Notes: generated by a model not told the origin, from the sequence alone. Counted from the stretch's first letter, positions 27,829-41,837 are shown. The stretch is DNA of 60,274 nucleotides from Chromera velia (GCA_018398765.1 JAHBMJ010000005.1:1-60274); one strand, 5' to 3'. Program-made: numbers and translations.

Positions 27829-30440
27829 ATGAAGTTCCTCGCTGTTCCCGCTGCCTTCGCCCTTGCGGCTGCCAACCCCATGGGGATTGAGTATTCCTGC
27901 CCCGCTGGCTACCAGCTGAACGGACACATGTGCACCACCTCCGAGTCCATCCCCCAGACCGTGGAGAGAGTCCCCCAGACCGTCTCTATCGCCGCCGTCC
28001 CCTCCTGCTCCGCTGTCAGTCCCTGTCTCTGTTGCTTGCCCTGCTTCGCCTTCCCGTCTCCCTCACGGTTTCGCGTCCTCTGTCTTCTTTGTCGCTGAGC
28101 TGAACCCTCTCTTCTTCCGTTGTTCCTGTGCAGGGCTACACCCTGTCCGGCAGCTCCTGCACCACCACCACCTCCCAGCCCAAGATCGCTGAGAGAATCC
28201 CCCACCAGGTTCCCTTCACCACCTGCCCCGCCGGCACCTCTGGCCCCAACGCCGCTGGCATGTGCACCTCCACCAGGATGGTCCGTGTGCCTTCCGTCTC
28301 TTCTCGCCAGGTCCCCGTGACCTCAACCCACGTCGAGAAGGAGCCCTTCAGCGTTCCCGTCTCCAAGCAGGTCTCCGTCCCCGGCGCTCACCAGTGCCCC
28401 CAGGGCTCCACCATGTCCGGCGGTGCCTGCATTGTGACCGGATCCTCCACCGAGTACTCCACTGAGACTGTCCCCACCACCCTTTCCTTCCCCGTGAACA
28501 CCCCCGTGTCCTCCACCGCCTGCCCCTCCGGCACCCAGGACGCTAACGGATCCTGCCTCGCTCGCCTCTCCTTCCAGTCTGTCGAGCAGGGCTCTTCCGC
28601 CAGGTCTGTGAGAATCCCCACCCTCGCTTCCCGCCCCGCTTCTTACAACCTCCCCGCCTCCACCCTCAAGACCGGTGAGACCTGCCCCCACGGCACTGAC
28701 GCCCAGGCTGACGGCACCTGCACTGTGACCCTCAAGAGATCCTCTCTTCAGGCTTACGAGGTCCCCGTCTCCTCCCAGATTCCCAAAGTGGAGTCCTTCC
28801 CCCAGACTCTCACCCTCACCAAGCAGCACCTCGTCCCCTCCTACTCCTGCCCCGCTGGCTCCACCGCCTCCGGCTCCGGTCCCTCCATGACCTGCACCGT
28901 CTCCCTTCCCTCCGCTTCCGCCGTCTCCTCTTCCACCCCCCGCACCATGAAGAAGGCCCGCTTCGAGAAGAGACCCGTCGAGGTTACCGTCAACAGAATT
29001 GAGTCCTACCCCGTCTACTACTGCCCCTCCGGCACCACCGAGACCCCCTCTGGTGAGTGCGCCGTGACCGTCACCATCCGCTCCCCCGTCACCTCCTCCG
29101 AGACTCACACCGCCTGCCCCGCCGGTGCCGAGGAGTACAGCCCCGGCCAGATGGGCACTGCCTCCTCCAAGGGCATGTCCACCATCTGCAAGGAGGCCAC
29201 CACCGTCTCTGTCCCCGCCACCCTCATCCCCGGCTCCTCCAAGGGTGCTGCCAAGTACGCTTGCCCTGAGGGCACCACCCCCGTCGGCGAGGGTGCCTCC
29301 ATGTCCTGCTCTGCTCCCTCCTACCAGGAGGTCCCCATGCAGAGCTTCACCACCACTTCCATCGACTACGAGACCTCCACCGTCACTGAGACCGTCCCCA
29401 AGCTCTACAGATACGAGACCCGCACCATCACCGAGACCGCCACCACCGAGCAGGTTGTGACTGTCTACGATGAGGTGACTCTTTCTGAGACCTCTGCCTC
29501 CCTTGTCACCTCTTCCTACACCGAGACTGTGCCCGCCCTTGTCTCCTACTCCCTTGCCTCCACTTCCGAGACCGTCACCGTCACCAACGACAGAGTCTCC
29601 TACGAGTCCTGCTCCACTGACGCTGCCACTTGCGGCTTCGCTGGCCCCAACGGCATGTCCGCTTGCTGCCTCACTGAGACCAAGTACAGAGTTGTGACCG
29701 ACACCTTCACCCAGGCCGTCCCTGCTGTCCCCACCTACTTCACTGAGGAAGTGTCTGAGACTCAGACCGTCGAGGAGACCTTCCAGACCTTCGAGACCAC
29801 GACTCTCTCCGAGACTTCCCACTCCGTCTCCACCGACTACACCACCGAGTCCGTCTCCCCCAACAACCTCGTGTCCTACTCCACCTCCTACGAGACCCAG
29901 TCTTGCGGCTCTGGCTCTGGCTTCGGCTCTGGCTTCGGTGCCTCCTCCGGCGGCTTCGCTTGCGACACCAAGATCGTGTCTCAGACCGTCCCCATGACCG
30001 AGACCGTCTCCTCCATCCCCACCTTCACCACCCAGACCATCTCTGAGACCGCCTCCTCTGAGAGAGTCTCCACCTCCTCTTCCACCTCCACCATGACCGT
30101 CTCCGAGATGTCCTTCTCCATGGAGTCCCGCACCGACTCGGTCCCTGCTGAGACCTCCTACAGAACCGAGTACTCCACCTCCTACTCCTGCCCCGCCGGC
30201 ACCACCGACAGCGGCTCTGCCTGCATCTCCACCTCCTCCGTTGCTCCCTCTTACTCCTGCCCCGCCGGCTCCTCTGCCTCTTCCTCCGCCTTCGGTGCCG
30301 CCTCCGCTTCTTCCGCTGGCTGCACCCGCACCACCTACACCACTGTCTCTTCCTGCCCCAAGGGCTACACTGACTCCGGCTCCATGTGCACCCGCTCCAC
30401 CAACATCCCCGCCACCCCCAACATGCGCTTCTCCCACTAA
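27829..30440 (+). CDS. Secreted Cys-rich oocyst/cyst wall protein-like (COWP/OWP family), about 830 aa, one intron 28015-28133
   Basis: Signal peptide MKFLAVPAAFALAAA; repeated CPxG(Y/T)..G..C motifs; strong C-ending codon bias; TAA stop. Confidence 0.8.
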
Positions 30441-32750
30441 ACGCTCTGCTGGAAGGAATTCACTCCTTTTTGCGTTTGCACAGCCAGACGAGGAACTAAC
30501 TGAAGAAATGAGGAGGAACTAAGTCTGAGATGTGTGGCCCGAAAACTTCACATCTGCGGAGTCGACTGACCGAGCAGTCTTCGAAGCAATTAACACGTGT
30601 GTCCGTCCGCCCCTCCGTCCTGTCCCATGCACCTGCAGTGTGCGCTCCTGCGAGCCTTCGCGCTGTGTGTACCTTCGTTTGCCTCTTTCCGCGTGTCCGT
30701 TCGAAACAAAGATGTGTCACGTGCAGTGCATGCATGAGTGTTGTGACGCTTTTTTGAGATTGAACTCCAATGTGAACGTCCGCGACTAGGTCCGCGATTC
30801 AAGCCGTTCGTTTGTGTGTCCGTCGTTAGAGGCAAGTGCCTAAGGCAACAGATACACCCACTCTCTGCACACGAACACGATTGAGAAAAGGCATTCGTGC
30901 GTGAGTGCGCATTTTGTCTGCATGGTTGTTTTATCGGGAAGACGCTGTGTCAGACAGACTCAGACTGCAAATGACCTTAATGTGAACCTGAATTTGAAGT
31001 TCATTCGATATTTATCATGATCACTCAGTGAAAATTCATGAGGCCAGCCTGAGTTTGAATAAATATATTCGTAACTATGTATAATTTATCATTCGATGAT
31101 TATGAATTCTTTGTAGTAAGTTTGTACTATCTAGACAAGCATAGTGATTATCTTCCTTGATGATTAGAGTATTCAGATTTCTAATTAAATGAATTACGAT
31201 AGAAAGCTGATACATGAACATGGACTGCCAGGAGCTAGGCTCCGACGGCTATAGTCATTCACTTTTCATTCATTCGTTCACATAAAAGAACATAATTTAA
31301 AAAATCTAGATTGTAGTAATATACAAATGGCTAGCTTTTCGGATATAAGTTAAATGTACGAAAGCAGGGGAGGTCTGAGGAGTGGAGATCGACGGGCGGC
31401 CTGGGGAAGGCAAAAAAATTAAACCTCAGGCTCTTCTGTCCTAGCTTCTATCATAGAAGGTTTTTTTTCCTTCCTCCAAAGAATAATAGAAATCATTTTC
31501 TTTTTAAAAACAAGTTTCTTTTCTCAATAACGTTACATATAATTTTAGGGTGATGAAAAATCTGTTTATGCAGCTGTTTTGCTAAGTTGAGCTGTTATCA
31601 CGTATTGTCTATCATTGTCTCTAGCATTGTCTAATGGTGACTCCAAGTTTCTATAACTGCAACTCGAGCACTTGCTTGGGCACTATCTTTTTTTAAATAA
31701 ATCTGCAGTGGATTTACTAGCAGATCAACTGTATGTTAAATTGTCATGTTTAGTACAGTAAAAAATGTATCGAAACACTAATCAAAACATTATTAATTGA
31801 GTGGGTATCATTACATGAAATTACTATTATCAATCGATAACTAGATCGATAAACTCGTAAACTAATCTGAATTACCATAGAAGTATGGTCTGCTCAGTCG
31901 ATCAGTGCTGACTCAGCTTCAGAAAGACTCCAAGACTTCACATTCCGTACAAAGATTTCACATGAAAGCAGTGCATGCAGTTAACAACGAAGGAAGGGAA
32001 AAGCCTCGGGGGTACACACATCATTTCATTAATTAATCCATGCATGCATGATGCAGCTCGAGACATCCAAACTGTCGATCCGAGTCAAATGAGTTATTGG
32101 TAAGGCAGGAACAGCAACTATCTGCATGCAACGTGCAATGGGAGAGCATGGGGAACTAAGTCGGCATGCATGGGGTGTCGTGATAGAGATCGAATAATAA
32201 GTGACTGAGGGAGGGACTCAGTGAGACCGCTTTCCTTAAAGTTTCCTTTCCTTTCCGTTCATTTCTGTCGATGGATGCGCTCAAACTGCGTCCCCCCTAC
32301 TCTGCATGCATTAAGTCATTCATTCTTTCATTCATTCATCTTTACTGACTGGCAGTCACGCTCTTTGCGTTGCTTTAGCAACGTTTCCTTTCGTTCGCTC
32401 TTGCATTCACATAATGATTGTTTTGTTTTTCCGATCGGCGGATGATAATGATCCTTTTTGAGCTCCTGTGTGACGTCGAGAGAAGTCCGTGTGTGACAAG
32501 TCAATCGAATTGAAGTGATACTACATGCATGCACGTTTGCATCGTCGTCACGCAGTGCGATAGAGGGTAGGAGGAACAGGGCAGACGTGCATGCTCTCCG
32601 AGGACCAAATCAAGCCTTGCATGGACACAGGGGAAGTTAGGAGGAAGAGGGCAAGGGAGGAGAGTTTCTCCCTCCCTCTCTCCCAGCTGCATGCGTGAAC
32701 CGACCAACTCTTTCCATGCAGGGAGGAAAGAGAGAGAACCTCAGGCCACA

Positions 32751-35546
32751 TTAAATCGGCGCACCACCGACGACTCTAGCAGACCAGTAGCGGATGGCGA
32801 CTACGTTCTGCTGCTCCACCACGATGTACTTGTCTCCCAAGTTGCATGTGTCGGAGAATCCAAACTTGGGGTTCTCCTGGTCGGATTCGTACAGAAGTGT
32901 AGCGTTAGGGGCACCGTCTCTCAGAACGTACGCACGCACAGGGTTCACGGCCGGGTTTCCAGGAAGGGAAGCTTGGCCGATCACACCCGTGATCCTGGCA
33001 TTGTTGCCAGGGCATTCGTAGATGAACCCGCCCTCGTTGTCTGAGGTGAAAGTGCCACCTGCGCTACCTGCCACAATGCCCCAACAGTTGAGGTCGTCGG
33101 CGGGGAGGAGAACCCCGTTGACGACACCGCGAAAGCAGTCTCGTGCTACGTCGGGAGTGTTCGTCTCGTCACCCCCGAGGTGCACACCCGTATCGCCCAC
33201 GTCCGCACAGACGACGGGCTCCAGGTCCTGACGGGTGGGATTGACATTCCATGCGGAGTCACCGAAGCACTCTGCGGTCCATCCGTCCAGAACACTCTGG
33301 GGCTCGATGTCCAGGTTCAGCCCGCCGTCGTAGATGATGGACTGCTCGAGGGTGCAGGTGGGGACAGGGTTGGACCAGACGCCGTCGGGGAGGCAGACGA
33401 GCTCGGTGGCTCCGTCAAGCTCAGTGACGCCCTCACAAGAGAAGGTAGCGACGTCGAGAAGGAAGGCGGTTTCGGGCTGGTTGATCATCAGGTTGGGGTC
33501 AGCTGAGGTCAGGGTGGGGCAGGCGAAGCCGTTGGGGAAGGGCACAACGACGCTGGCAGTTCCGGTGACCTCAGTCATCTTCTCGTCGGAAGTGTACTTG
33601 GAGGTCCTCTCCTTGGAGGGAACAGCGGTGGCAGTGAAGACGAAAGTCAGGTCATCCTCTGCAGAGGCGGAGAAGGAGAAGGGAAGACGTATTAAGGAGA
33701 GCACTGACGGAGCGCAACAGCCTGTTGAATAAAGGAATAAAACGCAATGATGAACGCATTCTTTGTATATAAGCCCCTGCCCTTGAATATTGGACGCACG
33801 TTTTGAGACCTCCCTGTGGTCAACTTTGCCACGGTGCACCACCCACCCGCCCCTCATTGTCCATGTATGTAACTTGTAAAATACATTTATTTTTGCGTTT
33901 TTTCGCGCACACCGCGCGCGTGACAAAACCCTTTATAGGGCAAAAACAATAGGGATCCGCCTTAGAGCGACCATTTTTTAAAATTAAAAAAATGAAAAAA
34001 AGAAAACAAAATGAATTCCAATACAGTAAGTGATAATACAAAGCCAAGCCAAATCGTGCGTCCAATATTCAAGGGCAGGAGCTTTGTGAATCTTAAACTT
34101 TGAAAGTATATTTTAGATTGAAATCAGACAGAGGAGGCTAAAACAATACTATAGGGTGACTTAGGGTTGCAGTATGTATCATTTCAGAGATTATCTTAAA
34201 AAGCGATGGATTTCAAAAAAATGTCTCAAAACTTGGCCTTTTACGGCTTAAATCTCAGAACCATTGATTCACTCTTTTATTTGTATAAAAAAAAGAGTAA
34301 AAAAAAATAAAACCGTGGTGTGTTCAGAGAGAAGGATAGAACATAAAAGAAATGAAAAAGGGAGAAAGGCTGAGTCGTGTGAGTCTCTAAGTTAAAAGAA
34401 AAAAGAAAGTGGTATCACCTCTTTTGTTTATGATGGTATAAAGAAAAGCTTTCACAAAAAAAGAACAAAGAGAGACACAAAGAAAAAACAGCAGAGGCGT
34501 GTGATGCTTAACTAAGTTAGTGGTGTAATAGTCTATTTAGGTTACTATGTGGCTGCATTCATCTGTAATAGAAGTTAAAGAAAAAAAGAAATCATTTTGA
34601 GAAAATTCATTTTTAAGGCAAAATAGGTACAAAGCCCCTACCCTTGAATATTGGACGCACGTTTTGAGACCTCTTTGTGGTCAACTTTGCCACGGCGCAC
34701 CACCCACCCGCCCCTCATTGTCCATGTATATAACTTGTAAAATACATTTATTTTTGTGTTTTTTCGCGCACACCGCGCGCGTGACAAAACCCTTTATAGG
34801 GCAAAAACAACAGGGATCCGCCTTAGAGCAACCATTTTTTAAAATTAAAAAAATGAAAAAAAGAAAACAAAATGAATTCCAATACAGTAAGTGATAATAC
34901 AAAGCCAAGCCAAATCGTGCGTCCAATATTCAAGAGCAGGAGCTTATATATCACACTGCAAGCTTCGGTTTCCCACTCAGGGGCGTCTTGACTGCTGAAG
35001 GAAGCACAGTGAAGACAGGTACAATCCACACGTCCTCCGTAGACTTTGAGAATGATTCAACAGACCAATCAAGCGCTAGCTCTACCTGCTCATGTGTTGC
35101 AAGTGTTGTGCAACTGTTGCGTGAAGTGACTGACCTGACTCCCAGATGGTTAGAGCCTCACAAGTCATAGTGGTAAGAGGAGGCACATCGATGAGGGAAG
35201 AGTCGCAGTCGACCTCCTGCTCCTCCCCATTGGTAGTGAGGAAGACAGTGATGTCAGCAAGGAGGTTCGTGTTCTTGACCGTTGCGATGGACTTCACACC
35301 GTCAACATCGATATCAAGCAACACACCGTTGCCGTTGATATCGACAGGTAGGCTGGCAAGTTCCACGAAGACCTGATCGGGATCCTTGTAGCCCTTGTTA
35401 CCCACACCAAAGTTGTCGCTAACTTTGAGCAGATTCTTCGTGTCGAAGGCCTTCAGACCGTCAAGTCCATCAAACTTCAGGCCATCAAACTGGAAGGCGG
35501 CACTGGCCGCAGAGATTCCTGCGAGAGCAAGGACTCCTCGAACCAT
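32751..35546 (-). CDS. Secreted Sushi/CCP-domain protein, two exons (35546-35135, 33658-32751), about 439 aa
   Basis: Signal peptide MVRGVLALAGISAASA; phase-1 intron G|gtcagt...ctgcag|AG joins the ORFs in frame; Sushi pattern CPTL...ATFSC...LDG...VCLPDGVWSNPVPTC. Confidence 0.75.
33771..34084. mobile_element. MITE copy 1 (314 bp, about 35-bp terminal inverted repeats)
   Basis: Left end AAGCCCCTGCCCTTGAATATTGGACGCACG, right end CGTGCGTCCAATATTCAAGGGCAGGAGCTT; near-identical copy at 34632. Confidence 0.8.
34632..34945. mobile_element. MITE copy 2 (direct-orientation copy of 33771-34084)
   Basis: Same TIRs and internal sequence with a few substitutions. Confidence 0.8.
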
Positions 35547-36455
35547 GATGGAGTGATGGATGGATACTGTCTGGGAGAGAATCAGCAATAAAAGTCGTTG
35601 ATCTGTAAAGAACGTGAGAAAAGCCTACAGAAGTAAGAGGCGAAAAGGTGTGCTGCAGAGCAATCACGCAGCTTTTCGATACATATCATCGGTGAAAACC
35701 GGTTCCATGCATGCACAAAAATCGGATCTTACTCTACTATTCGGATGGCCCCGGCCGGAATTTATGCAGGCCACCCCTGTGGGGGTATGCCGGGGCCCTG
35801 AATATTTTCAGTGAATAAAGAGGCTGAGCGGAACCTTCGAACAAACTAGGCTAAATAGGTTGGGGCTTCTCTTGATTAAAGTCTTTTTCTCGGGGCGAAG
35901 GGTAGCCTTTGTCAAGGGAAAAGAAGGTTATGAAGGTTTTGCCCTGCCTCTCTTCTCTATATTTGGTTCTCCTATCCTGCAGTTAATTGGGGATACGAGT
36001 GATGAGCCCACCGCGCATTGAAAGTAATCGATGAACAGACGTGTTTTTAAACAATCAGACAGACTAGGCTAGATTCGCCCCTTATATATGGGGATGTGGC
36101 ATGCATAACAAAACCCTCAATCATTACAGCTAGATCCGTCCCTCATTTATGGGGACGTGGCATGCATAACAAAAACTTTGATCAATAAAGAGGCTGATTT
36201 CAAGTCTGATACATACGTCGAAGTTAAGAATCTTGAGAGGAGATTTTAGCACAAACTACAATTCAAAATATTTTTTTTTTAAATTAGAGGTTAGCTTTGA
36301 GGCAGATATACAAAAAAATATTTCCAAACAATGGCAAACTGCCGCAAACATGTAAAATCGATTTAAAATGATTTATTAAGCACTGCCTGTACTATGACAT
36401 ATACCTTTACCAACATGCTTCTCTGCATTAAAAGAGACACCAGCCACAATATTAA

Positions 36456-37568
36456 TTGTTTTTCTTCTTGTTAGAGAATTCAAGGTTTGGGAAGCTTGCA
36501 GATCGTGGCTCTTGTCTTTCTTCTGACTTGAATTGGCCTCGGGGAGAACTTGGTCTGCTAGTAGATGACATCAAAACATTTTTTCCCTCTCTTCTCAGAA
36601 CCGATTTCCTTTCTTGTTTGAATGATTTTGTTTATTTTATTCGTTCTTTCTCTCAATATCGTTTTGTTGTGTTACCTACCCATAAGTCTTTTTGTATTAG
36701 AGAAGCAGGTCTGGGGGAGGGTGAGAAGTGGTATTCTTGGAGACGTTACTTGAAACCTGTTGCCTTTTTATCCTCCCACTGCAATTATATGAATACACTT
36801 TCTTGCCCTCTCGATATGCTGGTTCGTATAATTAATCTTGATTTTGTTTCGAATATAATTCGAGTTCGAGGGAAGATGGTCAGGCAGCATGAAGCTTTTC
36901 CTCAGGGAAGTCCTTGCTCTCGTGGTGGGGCCCGATTTTTTACCGCGTGGAAAGAGTACTCTTTTATATTAATAAAATTGAGGCCTTCATAGTGGGGGGA
37001 AAGATGGATAACAGGGAGATACATGGATGATAGAACAATTGTTTTTAGGTCTGACCGTGGCACGAGTGACGTGCCTGGTGACCCCATGATTGGAAAGTTA
37101 CTCGAGGAAGACTTCTACAGTCCTGTGTGTGTTTTGGAGCATCAGAAGGGATCTACGGTACTTGGTCTACGTCTTTTCTCTTTACCAGAATCTCCTTTAA
37201 TTTTGCTTTCTGCTGCTATTAATCTTAACCGTGATGTTCTTCTTAATTTCTTTCATGATTTAGTTGTTTTTTCTCTATTGCCTGTTTCTGGAGGATGGTC
37301 ATCTTTTTCTGACCTACCTTCACTTCGTAGAGTACGTTTGATGCATGCTTTCTCCTGTGTTCCTTCTGTTTTAATCAGGAAGGGCCTGATATCCTCTCAT
37401 CTTATCCGGACCCTTCTTTCTTGTAATGCACCTGCAGTTATCTTGGTTGATGAACTTACTTTTCTGTTTTTGGAGTTGTATGTTTTGAGATGGCCTGTTT
37501 CGTTTTTGCTTGATTTGTTCATGTCTGCAGTTCATCGGACTGGTGATGATGGTCTTCATTCTCTTTGA
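36456..37568 (+). mobile_element. Penelope-like retroelement reverse transcriptase, 5'-truncated, in-frame TAG at 36990-36992, no recognisable endonuclease
   Basis: RT motifs DDIKTFFPSL, FPQGSPCS, RYMDD and VLGL; PLE-type thumb HAFSCVP...RKGLISSHLIR...CN...DEL...L...WP. Confidence 0.75.
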
Positions 37569-37755
37569 AAAAAACGTTTGTCTTTTCTTTGTCTTATTCT
37601 AAAGTAATCTGCATATGACTGATTTGCGACGCTAAAGCCTTTTGTTGTCGTTTGCTTCTGCAAGTATACCTGAGAACCGTCAGCGATAGTCTAAGACAAA
37701 AGACAGCGGTATGGATATGGAGGGGCGTCACGTGCAGGACACTACGTGTGTTCTC

Positions 37756-37790
<35 letters not shown>

Positions 37791-38619
37791 GCCAAACCCT
37801 AGGTGGAGTTAGAACTCCCGGGCGCTAATCATACCTGAAGTGACAGTGAAGTCTATCCATCGGCTTGCAAGGATCAACATAATACTGCGATTATTTAGTA
37901 TACAAAATTCGAGCAATTAAATCAGAATATTCTGTATTTAGCTCGGCGTGTGTGCAAAGCTTCAGTCTCCGGGAGCTTTTGCATACATACGTTTTTGTGT
38001 GTTGTTTAATTCGCAATCCTAATCCTAATCCTAATCAGAAAGTAGCCTGTTGGATTGTACTGGATTAAGGTAGATTGACCGTATGCTCCTACCAACACAT
38101 CCGTGCACAGACAACATAAGATCTCAGCTGTTGGAAGAGACTATCAATTTCCTAGAATCTTTATTATAGAGCAAGCGAGGCGCAGAACTGTTATAGATGT
38201 ACTCAGACGGTACTCTGCTATAACATCGTACAACCTCAATGCTATATTCCCTAAAAGACAAAACAACCACCTTTAAAAGACAGGACGGCGATTCACAATA
38301 ATACGTGACAATATCCCAAGGTACCAATATTAAAATCCAAATTAAAATCACTTATAATTTATCCTCTCCCCCGTCAAAATTTATTAAAATTTATAGTTTT
38401 TATTTAATTTTGACACTATTTTCAAATATTTTGTTTTACTTGTTGAGTCGTTGTCTTCTATCAAAATTTCTAGTGATTCGGCTTTTATATTTTTTTTATC
38501 AGGTGCAGATAATTGCAGAATCTATTATACGGAACCTATCAATCAATCAATACATAATTTATTTTTTTATAGATCCGTATTTCTCCCGAAAGTTCAACAG
38601 TACCTCGGAGACAAAGAAA

Positions 38620-38910
38620 GACGGAGAGACAAACAATTAGGACGAACAAACAGACCGACAGGCAGACGCGGACAGAAAGACGGAGAGACAAACAAACCGA
38701 CTGACAGGCAGACGCGGACAGAAAGACGGAGAGACAAACAAACAGACCGACAGGCAGACGCGGACAGAAAGACGGAGAGACAAACAAACAGACTGACAGA
38801 CAGACGCGGACAGAAAGACGGAGAGACAAACAAACAGACCGACAGGCAGACGCGGACAGAAAGACGGACAGATAAACAGACAGACGAACAGACAGACGCG
38901 GACCGAAAGA
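38620..38910. repeat. Minisatellite, about 46-bp unit (acggagagacaaacaaacagaccgacaggcagacgcggacagaaag), about 6 copies
   Basis: Repeated unit read directly. Confidence 0.8.
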
Positions 38911-39219
38911 AAGAGAGAAAGAAACAAAACGAGACAGAGGTTCTGACAGGGTCGAACTCTTTCTCTCGAGATCTCGACAGTGGACGACATGGAGCACGGC
39001 TAGAAATAGAGACGGGCACACACAGCTACAGACACAGATCAAGAGAGGCAGATACACAGGCAGTGAGACAGTCAGACAGAAAAAGAGACAGGCCGATGCA
39101 GACACAAATATTTTTTAACTTTTCTTCGTGCCTAATTTCCCTTTTTTCTTTTCTTTCTTTCTTTCTTCCTTCCTTCCTTCCTTCCTTCCTCTTTTTTCTT
39201 TCTTTCTTTGTTTTTTTTT

Positions 39220-39273
<54 letters not shown>

Positions 39274-39468
39274 CTTTCTACCCCATGCTTTCAGCTGTTT
39301 TTCTCTAGCTCCCCCTTGTTTTTGCTTGCGTGCTTGCTTCCTTGCTTCGTCCGTTACCACCCTTTCCTCCCTCCCCGTCTTTTCGTGAGATCTACTTCGC
39401 TTGTCTGAGGTTTCATTTGAAACACGCATACATTCGTTTAGATGGATTTATTGTGCTGCATGTAAGAT

Positions 39469-39511
<43 letters not shown>

Positions 39512-39798
39512 GGATTGATTGTTGTCTGTAGGGAACTGATTTTGAAGTATTATAAATTGCCTGCAAGTTCACAAGCACGCAGTGAGGTCTGCCTGACAGC
39601 GTAGGCTCTTCTCTTTCTCTCTATCAATCCCTATCACCCTTATTGATTCTCACGAACCGGGCGAGATAGAAGTTTTGCGTCAGCACCAGGAGACCCCATC
39701 GATCCATCCATCCATCCATTCAAGTCTGAATCCCTTTTTAACCAACAACTCCTTAAATTCCTTGTAGGCAGGCCGCCCCCGTTCTCTCTTCATCTTTC

Positions 39799-40353
39799 TC
39801 AAAACTCTCCGCACTGCGATATGACGACTGGGAGTTTCGGCTTGCTGTCCGGGCCCACGCTGACGTTCTCAATCTTCCGCACCACAGCCAGGGACTCAGC
39901 ATCGCAAACCTTCCCGAACACCACGTGCTTCCCGTCCAACCAGGGACACTTCTCGCACGTAATGAAAAACTGACACCCATTCGTGTTCGGTCCACTGTTC
40001 GCACACGAGAGCAGACCCGCAGACTCGTGCTTCAATTTGAAGTTCTCATCTGCAAACTTCTCCCCATAAATGCTCAAACTCCCCGACCCATCACCCCTGA
40101 CAAAATCCCCCCCCTGTACCATAAACTCCTTGATGACTCTATGGAAGGTGGACAACTTATACCCCACAGGTACCCCATTCCGCTTGTATTCCCCTGTGCA
40201 GAACTGTCTAAAATTCTCACACGTCCTTGGCGCGACGTGCTTGTAGAGCTCCATTTTGATCCTCCCGATCGGGTGCCCTCCCAGGGAAACGTCAAAAAAG
40301 ACTATGGGGTTGTCGGGAGCAGCCACGGGCTTGTACTGCAACTGTACTGCCAT
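39799..40353 (-). CDS. PPIH: Cyclophilin H-type peptidyl-prolyl isomerase (U4/U6 snRNP), intronless
   Basis: [65 protein letters not shown], ends CGEF-TGA. Confidence 0.92.
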   Translation of the reverse strand: MAVQLQYKPVAAPDNPIVFFDVSLGGHPIGRIKMELYKHVAPRTCENFRQFCTGEYKRNGVPVGYKLSTFHRVIKEFMVQGGDFVRGDGSGSLSIYGEKFADENFKLKHESAGLLSCANSGPNTNGCQFFITCEKCPWLDGKHVVFGKVCDAESLAVVRKIENVSVGPDSKPKLPVVISQCGEF

Positions 40354-41379
40354 CTTTCTTCTTTCGTTACCCTCTGAGCTGCTTGTCGCAACAGAAGGAC
40401 ACTGGAGGTGTGGCTCTTTCTGGGTTGATTTCTGTGGAAGGAGACGGAAAGAAAGGAAAGGTTCCGACCTCTCTCTGTCCAAACGACGATTTGTTAAGGG
40501 ACTACAAGAATGAATGAGTCTTGCGCCGATTCTTGAATACTCAGAAACCGATCCTTGTCAAATTGGTCGGTGTGTAGGCCTTTTAATTTCGTTCCTTCCC
40601 GTTCCCCTTCTTGGAACTGGAAGCAGGGCCAGAAACGCAGAAATGAACTCAAAGGAAAAGAAAGGAAGGAAATCAGCCAGGAAGCGAAATAAGCACTGAA
40701 CCACGAAGGAACACTGAAGAGCGAGCAGGTGCAGGACAGTTAGACGCTACTACCGCTTGGGGTCGAGTATGGAAGAGAGAGAGCTCGAGACTCACTGAGC
40801 TAGTCACGACATGGTCACGACTGAGTTTCTTCATGTTTCTTCACGATCGATCTCTTTTTGGCCGGACCCCGGCTCGTCGCGTCTCGCGCGCGCGCCGGGC
40901 CGGGATACAGGCATGCCAACCGATAGAGCAGCCTCCGCCTGTCAGATCGTATGTGATTAAATTGTCTGACGATCCTTCATGATCCTTCTCTCTGTGCTCC
41001 ATGGTACATGAGCACTGAGCACTCCGGGCAGCATTGCCGCCCTGCCTTCCCTGGCTGCATACCTGAATTGACTCACAGCTCCATCCTTTTATCTCGGCCC
41101 TGCAACAACTTCACTGCCCTGCAACACTGCAAGAGGTCGAGACGGTGTATATAGACGGATAGAGGGCGAAGAGGTTTTTCAGACACAGTTGCTTGCACAT
41201 GCACTCAGAGACTTCTTACTGTATGACCAATCGAGTGGCCACCCTGAGCAGACTATAGTAAGTTACCTCACCCCGTTCCGAGCTGCTCCAACCAGGCCCA
41301 CTTGCCCGACTGCAACTTGCAAGGAGAGGCTGAGTGAGAAGAAAGCTTAGAGGATCAAACCCTTCCAGGCAGCACCACG

Positions 41380-41621
41380 ATGGTGGTCATGTCTGCCTCC
41401 TCCCCGCCCCCAGAGGCGGGATCAGGGGGCACAGGGGCGATGTACCTGTCCTTGTGGTTCCTTGCCAACCTCTCCATCACCATCTACGGCAAAGCGTAAG
41501 CAGACCCAGACAGACAGACAGACATTGACACACAGAGAGACCAATTTGAACATCGGCAGGGGCGTCGTCCTGTCAAGGGGAACCCGGCGCAGCTCTTTTT
41601 GGAGGACTGCTTCTGCACGTC

Positions 41622-41669
<48 letters not shown>

Positions 41670-41741
41670 CCTGCGCATGTGTGCGTACTTGTCTTTGTCT
41701 GTATCTGTGCGTGTGTGAAAGAGATTAATTCTGTCTGTCTG

Positions 41742-41837
<96 letters not shown>

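Noticed and set aside
28323..30437. 704-aa Gly-rich antisense ORF
   Set aside because: Shadow of the strong C-ending codon bias of the oocyst-wall gene
35995..36030. Hammerhead-like TGATGA...GAAA near the RT
   Set aside because: Lacks the C of CUGA and a convincing stem II
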